64,000 bases of DNA from Giardia intestinalis (Eukaryota): the NCBI GenBank assembly GCA_000002435.2, contig CM018792.1. The stretch is one strand, 5' to 3'. A program made the translations under genes and the position numbers. Within the stretch, counting starts at the first letter, position 1, and the number at the start of each line of letters is the position of its first letter. The notes under the pieces were generated by a model. That model did no database searches. It saw nothing but the letters and a program-made list of their open reading frames with translations, and was not told the origin of the DNA. Below are positions 1 through 9,759 of the stretch, piece after piece.

Positions 1-2631
1 CTCAGAGCCTTCATAGCCTTCACTAGTGTTTCCAAGGTTAATACGCTTAACATAGGCGGCGATCAGCCCGCACACACAAGCATCGGAAAAGATATTAGTG
101 AAGTGTGTCATCCAAATCGCCTTTTCAGCAAGAAGTGTCACAATCTTCAAACTCTCCGAGGGAAGAATCGTGTTAACGCCTATGTACTTAATCGTATTTA
201 TTCCCAGTAGAAGCTGTGCAACCACCTTACTAGTCAATAGATGGGTTGATCGAACTGTAGCCTTGTCAACGAGCAAATTGAGGCGGACAGCAATCTGCTC
301 CCGCTCAGCCGTCATGATTCTGGCACGGAACTTATTGTCAGAGCGATATACCCGCTCCTCTGCTCCCTGATCATCTTGGCCATCTAACGTATAGGGATAA
401 GGGTACTCTGCCTCCATAGAGAAGTTATGAATCAGTTCAAACACAGGGTTCTTGACCTCATAAGCAGTAAGCTCGAATACGAATTTCCAGAGATAGCGCT
501 CGAACACGTAGGAGACTTCTGCCGGACGCATCTCGGCAAATAAACGCAGCAAGTCAATAGCGCCGTCGGCTACAGGTGCAAAGCGCATGTAGAGAAGTCC
601 ACATGTCGCCGCTGCAACGATGGATATTACCCTGGCAGAGTCGTCGTTGGCCTTAGCAGATGAGACCTCCAGGAAGCCTAACAGCTGCTTCTGCAACTGT
701 GTCATTATATGCTGGACTTCAAAAACATTCGTAAGGGGAAAGAGGCTGGCATACTGACCAATAATAGCAAACCCGCGTGAGGCACCCCCGAGTAAACTCA
801 CTATCTTCAACATCGATCGTCTCATGACACCATTGGGAGATGTCAGCATGATTAAAGGTAGTTCGCTGTTTAAAAGGGTTGCATATAGCTCGTCCAGCGA
901 AGCACCAGCCAGCCGTGTTGCCAGAACGTCGAAAAGAGAGTCGTACTGGATGGAGACGATAGACTCGAGTAATGTAAAGAAGTACTCTGGTGAACCAGGG
1001 GTGACCTGAATTAATAGAGAAAGCAGGGTGGTGATAAGAGCACCTTGCGTTGTAAGCACCGCGGGCTTCTTAGCTATTCTGCCTACAGAAAGCATATTCA
1101 AATACGATGCATCAATGCTTTGCAAGAGAGACTGCAGCGCTTGCGTATGCTTTCTACTGAGCAACGAGCGCGAATATAGACAGGCTAGGACAGTGCACAA
1201 CATAGATCCTGTTTCGTTCTCCAGCTCATGGACAAAGTCCCTTTCGATTGCTTCTACAATTGCGTCGAGTTCTGAACCGGAGGGCGAATCACAGACTCCT
1301 TCGCAGAAAAGGTAAAGACGAATGTACGGGGAGTGATCCTCTGAAAGAGAAGAGCTGTACACACTTTTGAATGTGTCTATAAAGATGTCCCGTTTGTGGT
1401 GCCTTGAAAAGTCCTGAACCATGACATAGAGAGAGTAGAACACGTTATAATTGCATAGGTCAGCATGAAACTGTTTGAAAAAGGTTGCTACTAAGTCATC
1501 CTTGCATTCTGCGTGGAGAGAGGTAGAGATAGCCAACAAGCACAAAGTCAGTAAGTAAAGGCTCCTATTCAAAGCTTCTTTGTTCGCCACAATCAAGTGA
1601 TAAAGGTCATTAATACCGGAAAACGTCATCTTATTGGGGTAGAACATTGCAAGAGAGAGTAGTGCGTTTTGAGTCTCATGCTGCTGAGAAGGGTCTGACA
1701 GCAGTTTCAGTGCGTGTCCAGTAATAGATAGAATAACCTGTGATAGTGCAGATGAATCCATTTCTGCCTCTGCGAAGAGCGTGGTTAGATCAACAAGCCA
1801 GTTCTCGGTATCTGACTTCGGGATAGAGAAATAGGAGCCAATAATGATATCAAAACGACTATGCAGGGTTCCGTCAGGGTGGCGGCACGCTAGAAGAAGT
1901 ACTAGATTAGCCATTGTTGACTCAAGGGGCCCGGCGATCGACGTGAAGATCTCAGACATACAGTCGTCGTGGCGGGAGTGAACTCTGACAAGATACGCTG
2001 GTATCTCCGCCAAGCCTGGCCATAGCATACGCTCCATCTGTTCCACATAGGAGAGAATTGCACCCCAAATACCCTCGGGTATGGCCCCGCCTAGATACTT
2101 CAGAGAAAGAAGTAGGCTTTGAATTGCCCCCACAAATAACTCTGGATGCTTGCACACGCCATTGAGACGTAAAAGTGTGAGGCTTGTGAGAATAAAGTGC
2201 TTATTACTAGGCCCCAGGTCACGGAAAAGGTCAGGCAGCGCGCGAATGATGCTCAAATAAACGGTCTTGCTTGCTATGAAATCCGAGCTATTAGGATCCT
2301 CGAGTGTTAGCGCATTTAAGGCATTCTCAATAATGGAAAAGAGACCATCTGGATCATACAAAACCTGCACCAACAGTCTATAGTTGAGCATCACGTCGTC
2401 ACAGAGAGACAGAAACACTCCGTGATCGTTGCCAGCCTGAAGCTCTTCCAGCTTAGCAGAAAACAAGGATATCCGCTGGTCTTCTGGGAGATCCGTGTCA
2501 TAGTGCTTACTCCGCGTGGAGTCAATGTTGAAGTGGGCCATGAGAGAGAAGTAATCATGGTATTTGGTGGTCTTGGTCCGAGTGTCGTAGATCGGTGTGA
2601 GCTGGTCCCTCTGCTGATCTCTGCGGGGCAT
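1..2631 (-). CDS. Large hypothetical protein, partial. The N-terminus is in the window and the C-terminus runs off the window start; at least 876 aa.
   Basis: Hand translation of the minus strand from ATG at 2631..2629 (MPRRDQQRDQLTPIYDTRTK...) reads without a stop to position 1, with protein-like composition throughout. It is absent from the ORF track because no stop lies inside the window. The upstream context atttaattaATG is AT-rich and initiator-like. Confidence 0.6.
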   Translation of the reverse strand, partial: MPRRDQQRDQLTPIYDTRTKTTKYHDYFSLMAHFNIDSTRSKHYDTDLPEDQRISLFSAKLEELQAGNDHGVFLSLCDDVMLNYRLLVQVLYDPDGLFSIIENALNALTLEDPNSSDFIASKTVYLSIIRALPDLFRDLGPSNKHFILTSLTLLRLNGVCKHPELFVGAIQSLLLSLKYLGGAIPEGIWGAILSYVEQMERMLWPGLAEIPAYLVRVHSRHDDCMSEIFTSIAGPLESTMANLVLLLACRHPDGTLHSRFDIIIGSYFSIPKSDTENWLVDLTTLFAEAEMDSSALSQVILSITGHALKLLSDPSQQHETQNALLSLAMFYPNKMTFSGINDLYHLIVANKEALNRSLYLLTLCLLAISTSLHAECKDDLVATFFKQFHADLCNYNVFYSLYVMVQDFSRHHKRDIFIDTFKSVYSSSLSEDHSPYIRLYLFCEGVCDSPSGSELDAIVEAIERDFVHELENETGSMLCTVLACLYSRSLLSRKHTQALQSLLQSIDASYLNMLSVGRIAKKPAVLTTQGALITTLLSLLIQVTPGSPEYFFTLLESIVSIQYDSLFDVLATRLAGASLDELYATLLNSELPLIMLTSPNGVMRRSMLKIVSLLGGASRGFAIIGQYASLFPLTNVFEVQHIMTQLQKQLLGFLEVSSAKANDDSARVISIVAAATCGLLYMRFAPVADGAIDLLRLFAEMRPAEVSYVFERYLWKFVFELTAYEVKNPVFELIHNFSMEAEYPYPYTLDGQDDQGAEERVYRSDNKFRARIMTAEREQIAVRLNLLVDKATVRSTHLLTSKVVAQLLLGINTIKYIGVNTILPSESLKIVTLLAEKAIWMTHFTNIFSDACVCGLIAAYVKRINLGNTSEGYEGSE

Positions 2632-2709
2632 TAATTAAATCACAATGTTCATATTTTACTGCAATATAACATACTAAATTACAATTAATATACAAGCAAG
2701 CCCGCCAAC

Positions 2710-3672
2710 TTATCGGCACAGATGGGCTTCTAGAAAGCTGATATACGCTTCTAGTGTAGTGACGTTGTTGGGCACTATTAGGTTACCAACACCATCTTTT
2801 AGAGAAAGCTTATAGTATGCATGAAATAATCTTGTATTAAGCAGGTTATTCTCAACCAACTTTTTAGATCCGCTAGATAGCTTACTCAGCTTAGTATAAC
2901 AATCCGTAATCCTGTCAGCCTTTGCTGGAAACATGCGAGCTATAACACTGGTAATTGTCCTTGACAAAAGTCTGTTATCTATATGCTCCGTATTATCTGC
3001 GACGAACTTAGTTGCTCTAGCAGAAGGCCTATAATGGACACCTACTAGAGCCGAGTGACCTTGTAATTGATTCTGCCCATCAGTGCTAGGATAGGGAATA
3101 TGAGACGATTGAAGCTTTTCGGTTGTTTGGTGAGGCTCACCGTTGGGTCCCTTCAAAGGCTGGCCTCTCCGACCATCTCTACCATAGGCTGTTGACTGCG
3201 CACGCTTTCTACGCCGCAGAGTCACCTCAAGAGAGCCCCCGGTCTTTTTGGAAGGAGGAACAGAAATGGAAAGATTGATGCCACCGCTCTCCGAGTGAGA
3301 TCCAGCAGTGGGCTTTTCTGGAGAGGTAGTGGTTAACGGAAGCGCTCTAGTGATAGAAAATTGTGAGACAGCACGCTTATTCCTGGAGAAAATCAAAGGT
3401 GAAGATGATGCCGTAGCATTAGAGCTACAAGTCAAGGGAGACGACAAATTGGGAGCTTGAGTGAAGAAAAGAGAAGGGTTGCATGTCGGGACAACAGGAG
3501 CTAAGGGCTGCGAAGAAAATGCTATCCTTGTTGCTGTCGCTGAACCCGAGACAGGGTTCGCTCCAGAGAAAACGGTCGGTGATTCAGAGAAGGCAAGCTG
3601 GCCACTCGGCTCATCCCGCAGCGCTTGGTTGTGCAAGCACGTTCCATTAATGGCTGAAGAAGTTGCGGCCAT
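2710..3672 (-). CDS. Hypothetical Ser/Thr/Pro-rich protein, 320 aa
   Basis: ORF-track ORF starting at a true ATG, with AT-rich sequence immediately upstream (aataaaattgaacgcATG) and a TAA stop. Low-complexity composition and no recognisable domain. Confidence 0.45.
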   Translation of the reverse strand: MAATSSAINGTCLHNQALRDEPSGQLAFSESPTVFSGANPVSGSATATRIAFSSQPLAPVVPTCNPSLFFTQAPNLSSPLTCSSNATASSSPLIFSRNKRAVSQFSITRALPLTTTSPEKPTAGSHSESGGINLSISVPPSKKTGGSLEVTLRRRKRAQSTAYGRDGRRGQPLKGPNGEPHQTTEKLQSSHIPYPSTDGQNQLQGHSALVGVHYRPSARATKFVADNTEHIDNRLLSRTITSVIARMFPAKADRITDCYTKLSKLSSGSKKLVENNLLNTRLFHAYYKLSLKDGVGNLIVPNNVTTLEAYISFLEAHLCR

Positions 3673-3699
3673 GCGTTCAATTTTATTTCAGTTTAGTAT

Positions 3700-4776
3700 T
3701 CACAGCTCAAACTTTTCAGACGCAGACTCCTCACGCTGACAAGTAGTCGCACTATCTATCTCTGTCGGGACGCAATCAGCCATTAAACGCTTGCTCGGCC
3801 CAAAGATAGCATCGGGTCTATTGAGCAACAGGTCATTGAAGGTGGGATAAATGATTGGCGTGACAACTGTATTACTCCACTGCAGTGACTCCATGGGCAC
3901 TTCGGTGGCTCCCGACCAGCGAGTTGTTATGCTTATAGGCATTGGCAGTGCTTGCAGAGACTCGTCTGCGGGTGCTTTGGGCTCCTTGAAGTACACCGCT
4001 AGGCGGTCCTTGGAGACGGGCGTTCGGGGATTGCTTTGAATAATTCTTCCTGAGGAGATAAGCGACTGCATTCTGAAGCTGTCCCCGGTCCCTTTCACCG
4101 TGCTGTTGTCAGGATTGTGCTTGGCCTTCTGGATATCGAAAGCGGGAGAAAAGTCTAGGAGCCTTATCAAAAAGATGAAGGAGGGCCAGAGCCTGGAGTC
4201 TAGTGCTACACCCAAAAACTGATCGATATCTCTGTTCTTCTTTTCGTACTCATTGAAGGCTACAATCAAATAGAACGCAAAGGCATACAACTCAGATATG
4301 CGACTAATATAGTACGCCTGGCGAGGCATAAGCTTTGTGCCAAGAACACAGGAGACAGCACATTTAGATGTCATCTCACCGACTGTAAAATGTACCTCAA
4401 GAGGGCCTGTAAACCGCACTAAGGCAGCACCTATAGGGATAGACACATCAGTTGCCACAGCTTCAAAAGGCACGGTCATAAAGAGCCGCTTTAGGTTGTA
4501 GCAATCCCAGAATGATAGGATGTAATGAACAAGGGGAAGCGTAATGAGAACACGAAGGCTATAAGTAGTCCTAACACAGGTGGAGAGAATTGTATGAGTT
4601 TTCAAATATGCAAACGCGGCTTCTGGGTCAGTGAGAATCACCACGGGCTCTACATTTGAATAGACAAGACGGCTGCCGGCCGGGGGCTCTCTAAAGACAG
4701 GATTAATCAGGAAGGTTACACCTGCAGCCTGAAATATGTAGTATGGAACGGCTCCATCTGTGCACCGCGTATACAT
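3700..4776 (-). CDS. Hypothetical protein, 358 aa
   Basis: ORF-track ORF with a true ATG start. It shares a 46-bp AT-rich divergent spacer with the ankyrin gene at 4823. No domain recognised. Confidence 0.5.
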   Translation of the reverse strand: MYTRCTDGAVPYYIFQAAGVTFLINPVFREPPAGSRLVYSNVEPVVILTDPEAAFAYLKTHTILSTCVRTTYSLRVLITLPLVHYILSFWDCYNLKRLFMTVPFEAVATDVSIPIGAALVRFTGPLEVHFTVGEMTSKCAVSCVLGTKLMPRQAYYISRISELYAFAFYLIVAFNEYEKKNRDIDQFLGVALDSRLWPSFIFLIRLLDFSPAFDIQKAKHNPDNSTVKGTGDSFRMQSLISSGRIIQSNPRTPVSKDRLAVYFKEPKAPADESLQALPMPISITTRWSGATEVPMESLQWSNTVVTPIIYPTFNDLLLNRPDAIFGPSKRLMADCVPTEIDSATTCQREESASEKFEL

Positions 4777-4822
4777 AACAACCAGATAGTCGGTATTTTC
4801 ATTTCAAAAAGTGGAAAGAACT

Positions 4823-6283
4823 ATGTCCAGCAATATCTACACAGCGCTTATGGAAGCCGCTCGAAAGGGCGACATGATCGCCTTGCGTCAAAATTTAAGA
4901 CAGCAGGCCAGGTTGAAGGACAACTTGGGCGTTACTGCGCTGATGTATGCAGCACAGGCGGGACGCTATGAAGCCGTTTCGCTCTTAGCTGAGTATGAGG
5001 CTGGGATGCAAGATTGGCGTGGGAAGACTGCTCTTATAACTGCTATTCAGAACGGGCACGCAGAGGTTGCCCGCATTCTGGTTCCCTACGAAACCGGACT
5101 GCGCGATACGGATGGCGCAACTGCTCTCATGAGCGCCGCCAGTATGGGGTTCAGTAGTCTCATTCAGGAGCTCCTGGAGAAAGAGGTAAAATGCGTAGAC
5201 GACAACGGAAAGACGGCCCTCATGTATGCCGCTGAATCAAACCAGGTTGATGCCGTCAGGATCCTTCTCAAGCACGAAGCAGGGATTCGGGACTCTAGTG
5301 GTCAGACCGCAATGATGTACGCTACCGTCAGCGGCAATATATCAGTCATTGAGCTTCTTTTGGGCTATGAAGCAGGGGTCTGCAAGGACAACGGCTGGTC
5401 CTGCCTTATGACCGCGGCTAAGTTGGGCAATTTTGAAGCTGCCGAGCTTCTGGCTCCAAAGGAGGCTTGCTTAGCAAAGCAGAACGGCATGACAGCACTT
5501 ATGGTTGCCGCACAATTCGACCACGAAGACATAGTGCGTCTCTTAATGGCTGCAGAGGGAAATATGGTTCGGAAAGACGGCCTGTCAGCAAGAAACATTG
5601 CTTCTCAGTTTGGAAACCACGACGTTGCAGATCTTCTCGCCAACTCCACCCACCTTTTTCTCCCGCCAAATCCCTCTGTTTCAGCAAAGTCTTCCAGAAA
5701 CGCTAACGGGCCCAGACCAGAAAATGATCCAAGCAAGGCCTTTACCTCCTCGACCCTCATGCCTCCTCAGCGGCATCAGTATCCCCATGCTCCGACAACA
5801 CCAACTACCAGGGGCGTGACTAAGCGGGAAGGCCATCAAGGACCCGGTGGATATAGCACGCCTGCATTAATAGAAAGCAACCATAATAACAGCAGTCATC
5901 CCGATGGCAACAATTCAAAGCTTGTAGAAAGCTACATTCTCTCTGAGGCCTCGCAGTTTGATAACATTACTTTGAACGCAACGCTAATGGATTCGGTTCA
6001 CTCGGGCCACTCTGCTTCCAATAATTCTAAAATACTAAAACTTATAACAGAAATAGATTGTAAAGATTGCGAGATCGACGCATTAAAAAAGCAGGTAACG
6101 CAGCTCCAAAACCAATTGTCCCACAAAGCAGACGGACTAGTGGATATAAAAGCTGACTATGTTTCTCAGGCTAGGCAGCTTCAGAAGATGGCCGAGTACA
6201 TGCTCGAATTTGCCAACGAAATTGAGCCTGGCATTAATTATATGAACTCGGCTACTACGCAGAAGTCTGATGCACTGAAATAG
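4823..6283 (+). CDS. Ankyrin-repeat protein of the Giardia 'Protein 21.1' type, with a C-terminal coiled coil
   Basis: Repeated ...G(K/Q)TALM.AA..G...V..LL..E.G... ankyrin units occur about 8 times, followed by a heptad-like tail (KDCEIDALKKQVTQLQNQL). The ORF-track start at 4811 is GTG; the first ATG is at 4823 (MSSNIYTALMEAARKG). Confidence 0.85.
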   Translation: MSSNIYTALMEAARKGDMIALRQNLRQQARLKDNLGVTALMYAAQAGRYEAVSLLAEYEAGMQDWRGKTALITAIQNGHAEVARILVPYETGLRDTDGATALMSAASMGFSSLIQELLEKEVKCVDDNGKTALMYAAESNQVDAVRILLKHEAGIRDSSGQTAMMYATVSGNISVIELLLGYEAGVCKDNGWSCLMTAAKLGNFEAAELLAPKEACLAKQNGMTALMVAAQFDHEDIVRLLMAAEGNMVRKDGLSARNIASQFGNHDVADLLANSTHLFLPPNPSVSAKSSRNANGPRPENDPSKAFTSSTLMPPQRHQYPHAPTTPTTRGVTKREGHQGPGGYSTPALIESNHNNSSHPDGNNSKLVESYILSEASQFDNITLNATLMDSVHSGHSASNNSKILKLITEIDCKDCEIDALKKQVTQLQNQLSHKADGLVDIKADYVSQARQLQKMAEYMLEFANEIEPGINYMNSATTQKSDALK

Positions 6284-6298
6284 TCGATAAGCTGTACT

Positions 6299-6305
6299 AG
6301 TGAAT
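6299..6305 (+). promoter_or_regulatory. Putative Giardia poly(A) signal AGTGAAT (AGTRAAY), 16 nt after the stop
   Basis: Motif match sitting directly 3' of the stop at 6283. Confidence 0.4.
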
Positions 6306-6766
6306 CTAGCATTTACTCCGTTTCAGAAAGTGACCTCATCAGCTGCAGCCCAAAGGCTGTCATCTGGGCCTCCCGAGTAACTGCTGGTCTTACATAGACT
6401 CACTTAGGTATTGCTCAAAGCACACTTCTTACACTCTGAACAGGAAGATATAGGCTGTCCCCAGATCTGCTCTCAAGGTAAAAGACTCACCTGGCTGTTG
6501 TCGGCCAGCTGAACCGTGTTCTTAGGGAATCGAGCAAGATAATCGCTTGCCGAAAAATAATCTGAAGGCTCGTTGATAAGTGAGACCTTCGGATACTCCA
6601 TAGTATCTGTTACTGACCAGAAGGGCGTGTTACATTCATATGTGTCTAGCTGGTGTCGGACGAGATAGTATTGGCAGATAGTCGGTGTCTGTGATTGCCA
6701 TTTATCCACAAGGCGACACTGCTCTTCTAGTCAGTCTATCATCTGCTCCTTGGCCTCCTTCACCGT

Positions 6767-7792
6767 GTGCCTCTGCTCAGACACTCTGAGCTTCCCGACT
6801 TCAGAAATATCATTGGGTATGGAGAGGATAGGACATCGTACATCATCTGCGGCACCCCCGGGATCGTCTCTGCTCTCCTTACGGCAGTCAAGCCGGCCTC
6901 GGGCACAGGTATCGCCTCCCGTGGAGCAACCTCGTTCCTGAAGCTGCGGCACGTGGTGATAGACGAGGCAGACCACATCCTCCTCAACGACAACACGTCC
7001 TTCCTGGCGCTCATCAGGGAGTTCTTCGCTCAACGGAACTCCACGGCCGTCTTCCGCGTGCCTCTCTTCTTCGCCCAGCGACACCGCCTTGGGCTTCCGA
7101 CGGACAGGTTTGTCTTCCTCTCTGCGACCATGAAGTACCGGGCGAGCCTGCTCGAGAACATGGGCCTCCACGGCGGGTGCATGGTGGACTTCGACGAGGG
7201 CCACGCGCGCCTTGCCCTCTCGCCCAACGTCGAACACTTCGTCGTCCAGCTCAAGCGGGTCTACTCCGAGATAGACATCACATACCTGGTCTTCAGGTTC
7301 CTCTGCAGCCCCGCCGGGTCCATCACCAACTCGAGGACGACCCTCCTGCCCTGCATCGTCTTCGTCAACTCCAGGCACACCGCGCAGCGCATCGCTCACC
7401 TGCTGTTCCTGATGATGATCAAGGTTTACAAAGAGCTCTGGTACAGGATAACGCTGGTGGCCCAGGGGCACGTCTTCCGGAGGCCGAACTTCGAGTCTGT
7501 CCCGGCCATCTCCAACGAGTCCCTCGAGGAACACCCTGCAACGATCGTCTTGGCAACTGATAACTTCGCCCGTGGGCTCGACCTTCCTGCGGTTCGCTCG
7601 GTGGTCAACTTCGATCCGAGCCGGGTCGTCTCCATAGACGAGAAGAGCCTCTGCGACTACCGGAGCACAGAGGGACCGCGGCTGTCCGACTTCTCCGTCG
7701 GGGACAGCGACGTGCTGGAGATCTCACGGAGGTTCAGCGAGAACACGGACATCTACCTGACCACCCTCTACGACGGGGAGTTCGGGCGCTAG
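6767..7792 (+). pseudogene. DEAD-box RNA helicase-like ORF lacking its N-terminal third (no Q motif, Walker A or motif Ia). Probably a gene fragment or pseudogene.
   Basis: The protein contains IICGTPG (motif Ib, TPGR-like), VIDEADHIL (motif II, DEAD), FLSAT (motif III, SAT), IVFVNSRHTAQ (start of domain 2) and ATDNFARGLDLP (motif V, ARGID-like). Motif VI (HRIGRTGR) is degenerate or absent. The ORF begins with GTG immediately after an in-frame stop, and the first ATG lies after the DEAD motif. The ORF is GC-rich while the 480 bp upstream is not. Confidence 0.5.
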
Positions 7793-7795
7793 GCG

Positions 7796-9706
7796 CTACA
7801 CGCCCTTGTGCGGAAGGTTCAGGTTGAGCGGGCTGTGGAAGATGTACTCCGGCGCGCAGAAGTAGTACTGCATGCAGTACCGGCCGAGGAAGAAGATGAC
7901 GATGGCCAGGGCCCCCACCAGGACGTAGTTCCACGCGCTGACCTCGAGGGCCTCGCACATCGTGCCCCCGTGCGCGTCGACCGTGTCCAGCCCGTTCACG
8001 CACCGCTTGACCTTGTTGTTGAACGGGGAGGCGCGGACGGCGTCTGCGATGGCGACCTTCTGGGCCTCGTCGGGCGCGGAGAGGAAGAGCGGGTGGACGC
8101 CGTCGCGGTCGGGCCCGTAGAAGCGGGGCATCGTGTACTCGACGGTCAGCTCGTGGCAGAGCGAGTTGGAGCCGCGGCCGATGTAGTAGTAGCCCGAGAC
8201 GCCCCAGCCGGTCCCCCACGAGTTGCGCAGGATCCAGACGGGCCGGCCCTTGTACGCCCCGTAGCCGACGAGCATGACCTGGTGGTTCGTGGTCGCGCGC
8301 ACGCACTTGACGTCGGGGAAGACGCCGCCCTTGTAGAGGTTGAACGTCAGCGCAGAGGCGACGACGGACTCGTAGTCCTTGTCGATCGACGTGTCGACGC
8401 CGGACTCTGTGTGCATGGCCGCCGCGACCCCGACCCCGCGGGCCAGGACGTTCATGACGTTCCGCTCCCACTCGGCGAACTTCCCCTTGTCCATCTCCTC
8501 GATGATGAGCCCCGAGGCCGGCACGCCCTCGTTCCGCAGGATCTGGTAGACGCCGAACTTATTTGGTGTCCCTGAGCCACCATTGACATCATACTCGTAT
8601 TCATCGCTACCTGCAGCCCCAGAATTAGAAGAGCTGCCCTTCTTCTTCATCGGCATGGAGACGAAGGCAGGGTTGAAGTCTCCTATATTGGCGTCCTGAC
8701 ACTTAGCACCATTGTCTGGGGCGGCCTTTTCGGGCGTCGCGTACTCCCTGTAGATGCACTCGGACTCCTTCGCGAGCTTGCTCAGCTTGTTGACGAAGTC
8801 TGCGATGGCGCGGAAGTAGTTTCCCCCGTTGCAGTAGTTCCCGCCGATGAGGTTGTCGAGGAGGAACTGGACGGAGAGGCGCAGGGTGGACGCGCTGTAG
8901 GACTTCCAGTTCTCGGGGATGTCGGTATACTCTTTCTCAGTACGATTTTGAACAGTTATCATTGCAGCGCAGTCATTACTCTTCTGACTGTCATCCTGGC
9001 TCGCAGGGGCCGAGCAGTTGCAGAAGTAGTTCGACGGAAAGGGCTGGGGATCGAGGTACTTCCCCCTCGTGTAGAGGTCTGCGTCGACGAGCATCAGGTT
9101 CTCGAGGACCTCGATGGTCGTGAACTCGTAGCAGGAGCCGCACAGGCCCTGGTCCTTCGCGCGGGTCACGAGGCCCACCTCGCGGAGGTCGACGGAGTGG
9201 GGGAGCGTCCGCTGCCTGTCTTTGACGTTCATGTCCCGCACGTCGACGAGGAAGAAGCTGTCCTGCTTCTTGCTCTTGTCGTCAGCGTTAGCACTCTGTG
9301 AATTAGCTTGAGTGTCTCCCTTCAGGTCCGGCCCCAGCTCGTAGGCATCGACGTTGCAGTTGGTGTACTTATTGGTTTTATTAGTCCAGTTGCACGCATC
9401 TGCAGCTGCGCTCCACTCGCCGCCCCCCAGCGACCGGGGCGGGAGGATGCCGGCGCGCGGGTGGCGGTCCATCCGGGACGTGATCCCGAAGGTGACGTGC
9501 TCGTGGCCCTCCCGGCGGAGCCTGCGGAGGTGCTCGAGGTGCATGCAGAAGTTCCGCTCCGCCTCCAGCCGGTCCCCGGGCGTGTCGTAGGCCTTCCCGT
9601 AGAGGCCGACGAAGCGCTCGAAGGCATGCTCGCACGCCATGTGGATGCTGAACGGGTCCCGCTCGGCCGATGCCGCGCAGAGGAAAGACAAAGTAAGCAG
9701 CAACAT
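7796..9706 (-). CDS. Papain-family (C1A) cysteine protease, cathepsin L-like, with signal peptide, pro-region, large insertions and a C-terminal TM anchor
   Basis: The protein has a signal peptide MLLLTLSFLCAASA. The pro-region has an ERFNIN-like motif (EAERNFCMHLEHL). The active-site Cys lies in QGLCGSCYEF, the His in NHQVMLVGYG and the Asn in ILRNSWGTGWGVSGYYYI. The C-terminal hydrophobic helix is WNYVLVGALAIVIFFLG. Start is a true ATG (caaaaaaggaccggATG). Confidence 0.8.
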   Translation of the reverse strand: MLLLTLSFLCAASAERDPFSIHMACEHAFERFVGLYGKAYDTPGDRLEAERNFCMHLEHLRRLRREGHEHVTFGITSRMDRHPRAGILPPRSLGGGEWSAAADACNWTNKTNKYTNCNVDAYELGPDLKGDTQANSQSANADDKSKKQDSFFLVDVRDMNVKDRQRTLPHSVDLREVGLVTRAKDQGLCGSCYEFTTIEVLENLMLVDADLYTRGKYLDPQPFPSNYFCNCSAPASQDDSQKSNDCAAMITVQNRTEKEYTDIPENWKSYSASTLRLSVQFLLDNLIGGNYCNGGNYFRAIADFVNKLSKLAKESECIYREYATPEKAAPDNGAKCQDANIGDFNPAFVSMPMKKKGSSSNSGAAGSDEYEYDVNGGSGTPNKFGVYQILRNEGVPASGLIIEEMDKGKFAEWERNVMNVLARGVGVAAAMHTESGVDTSIDKDYESVVASALTFNLYKGGVFPDVKCVRATTNHQVMLVGYGAYKGRPVWILRNSWGTGWGVSGYYYIGRGSNSLCHELTVEYTMPRFYGPDRDGVHPLFLSAPDEAQKVAIADAVRASPFNNKVKRCVNGLDTVDAHGGTMCEALEVSAWNYVLVGALAIVIFFLGRYCMQYYFCAPEYIFHSPLNLNLPHKGV

Positions 9707-9759
9707 CCGGTCCTTTTTTGGGCCGCGGGTAGGTTAGCCGTGTGCGGGACTTGCACACC

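Noticed and set aside
3673-3699. Possible single gene spanning ORFs 2710..3672 and 3700..4776, which are in the same frame on the minus strand
   Set aside because: Two stops, not one, lie in the 27-nt gap (TGA at 3700-3702 and TGA at 3688-3690). The gap is AT-rich and promoter-like, so two separate genes is the simpler reading.
6284-6472. Checked intergenic stretches (6284-6472, 18956-19193, 46497-46679, 61650-61731) for tRNA-like sequence
   Set aside because: No GTTCGAATC/TTCGA T-loop with matching acceptor stem and no cloverleaf-sized palindromic arrangement was seen. This is negative by eye only; tRNAscan would be definitive.
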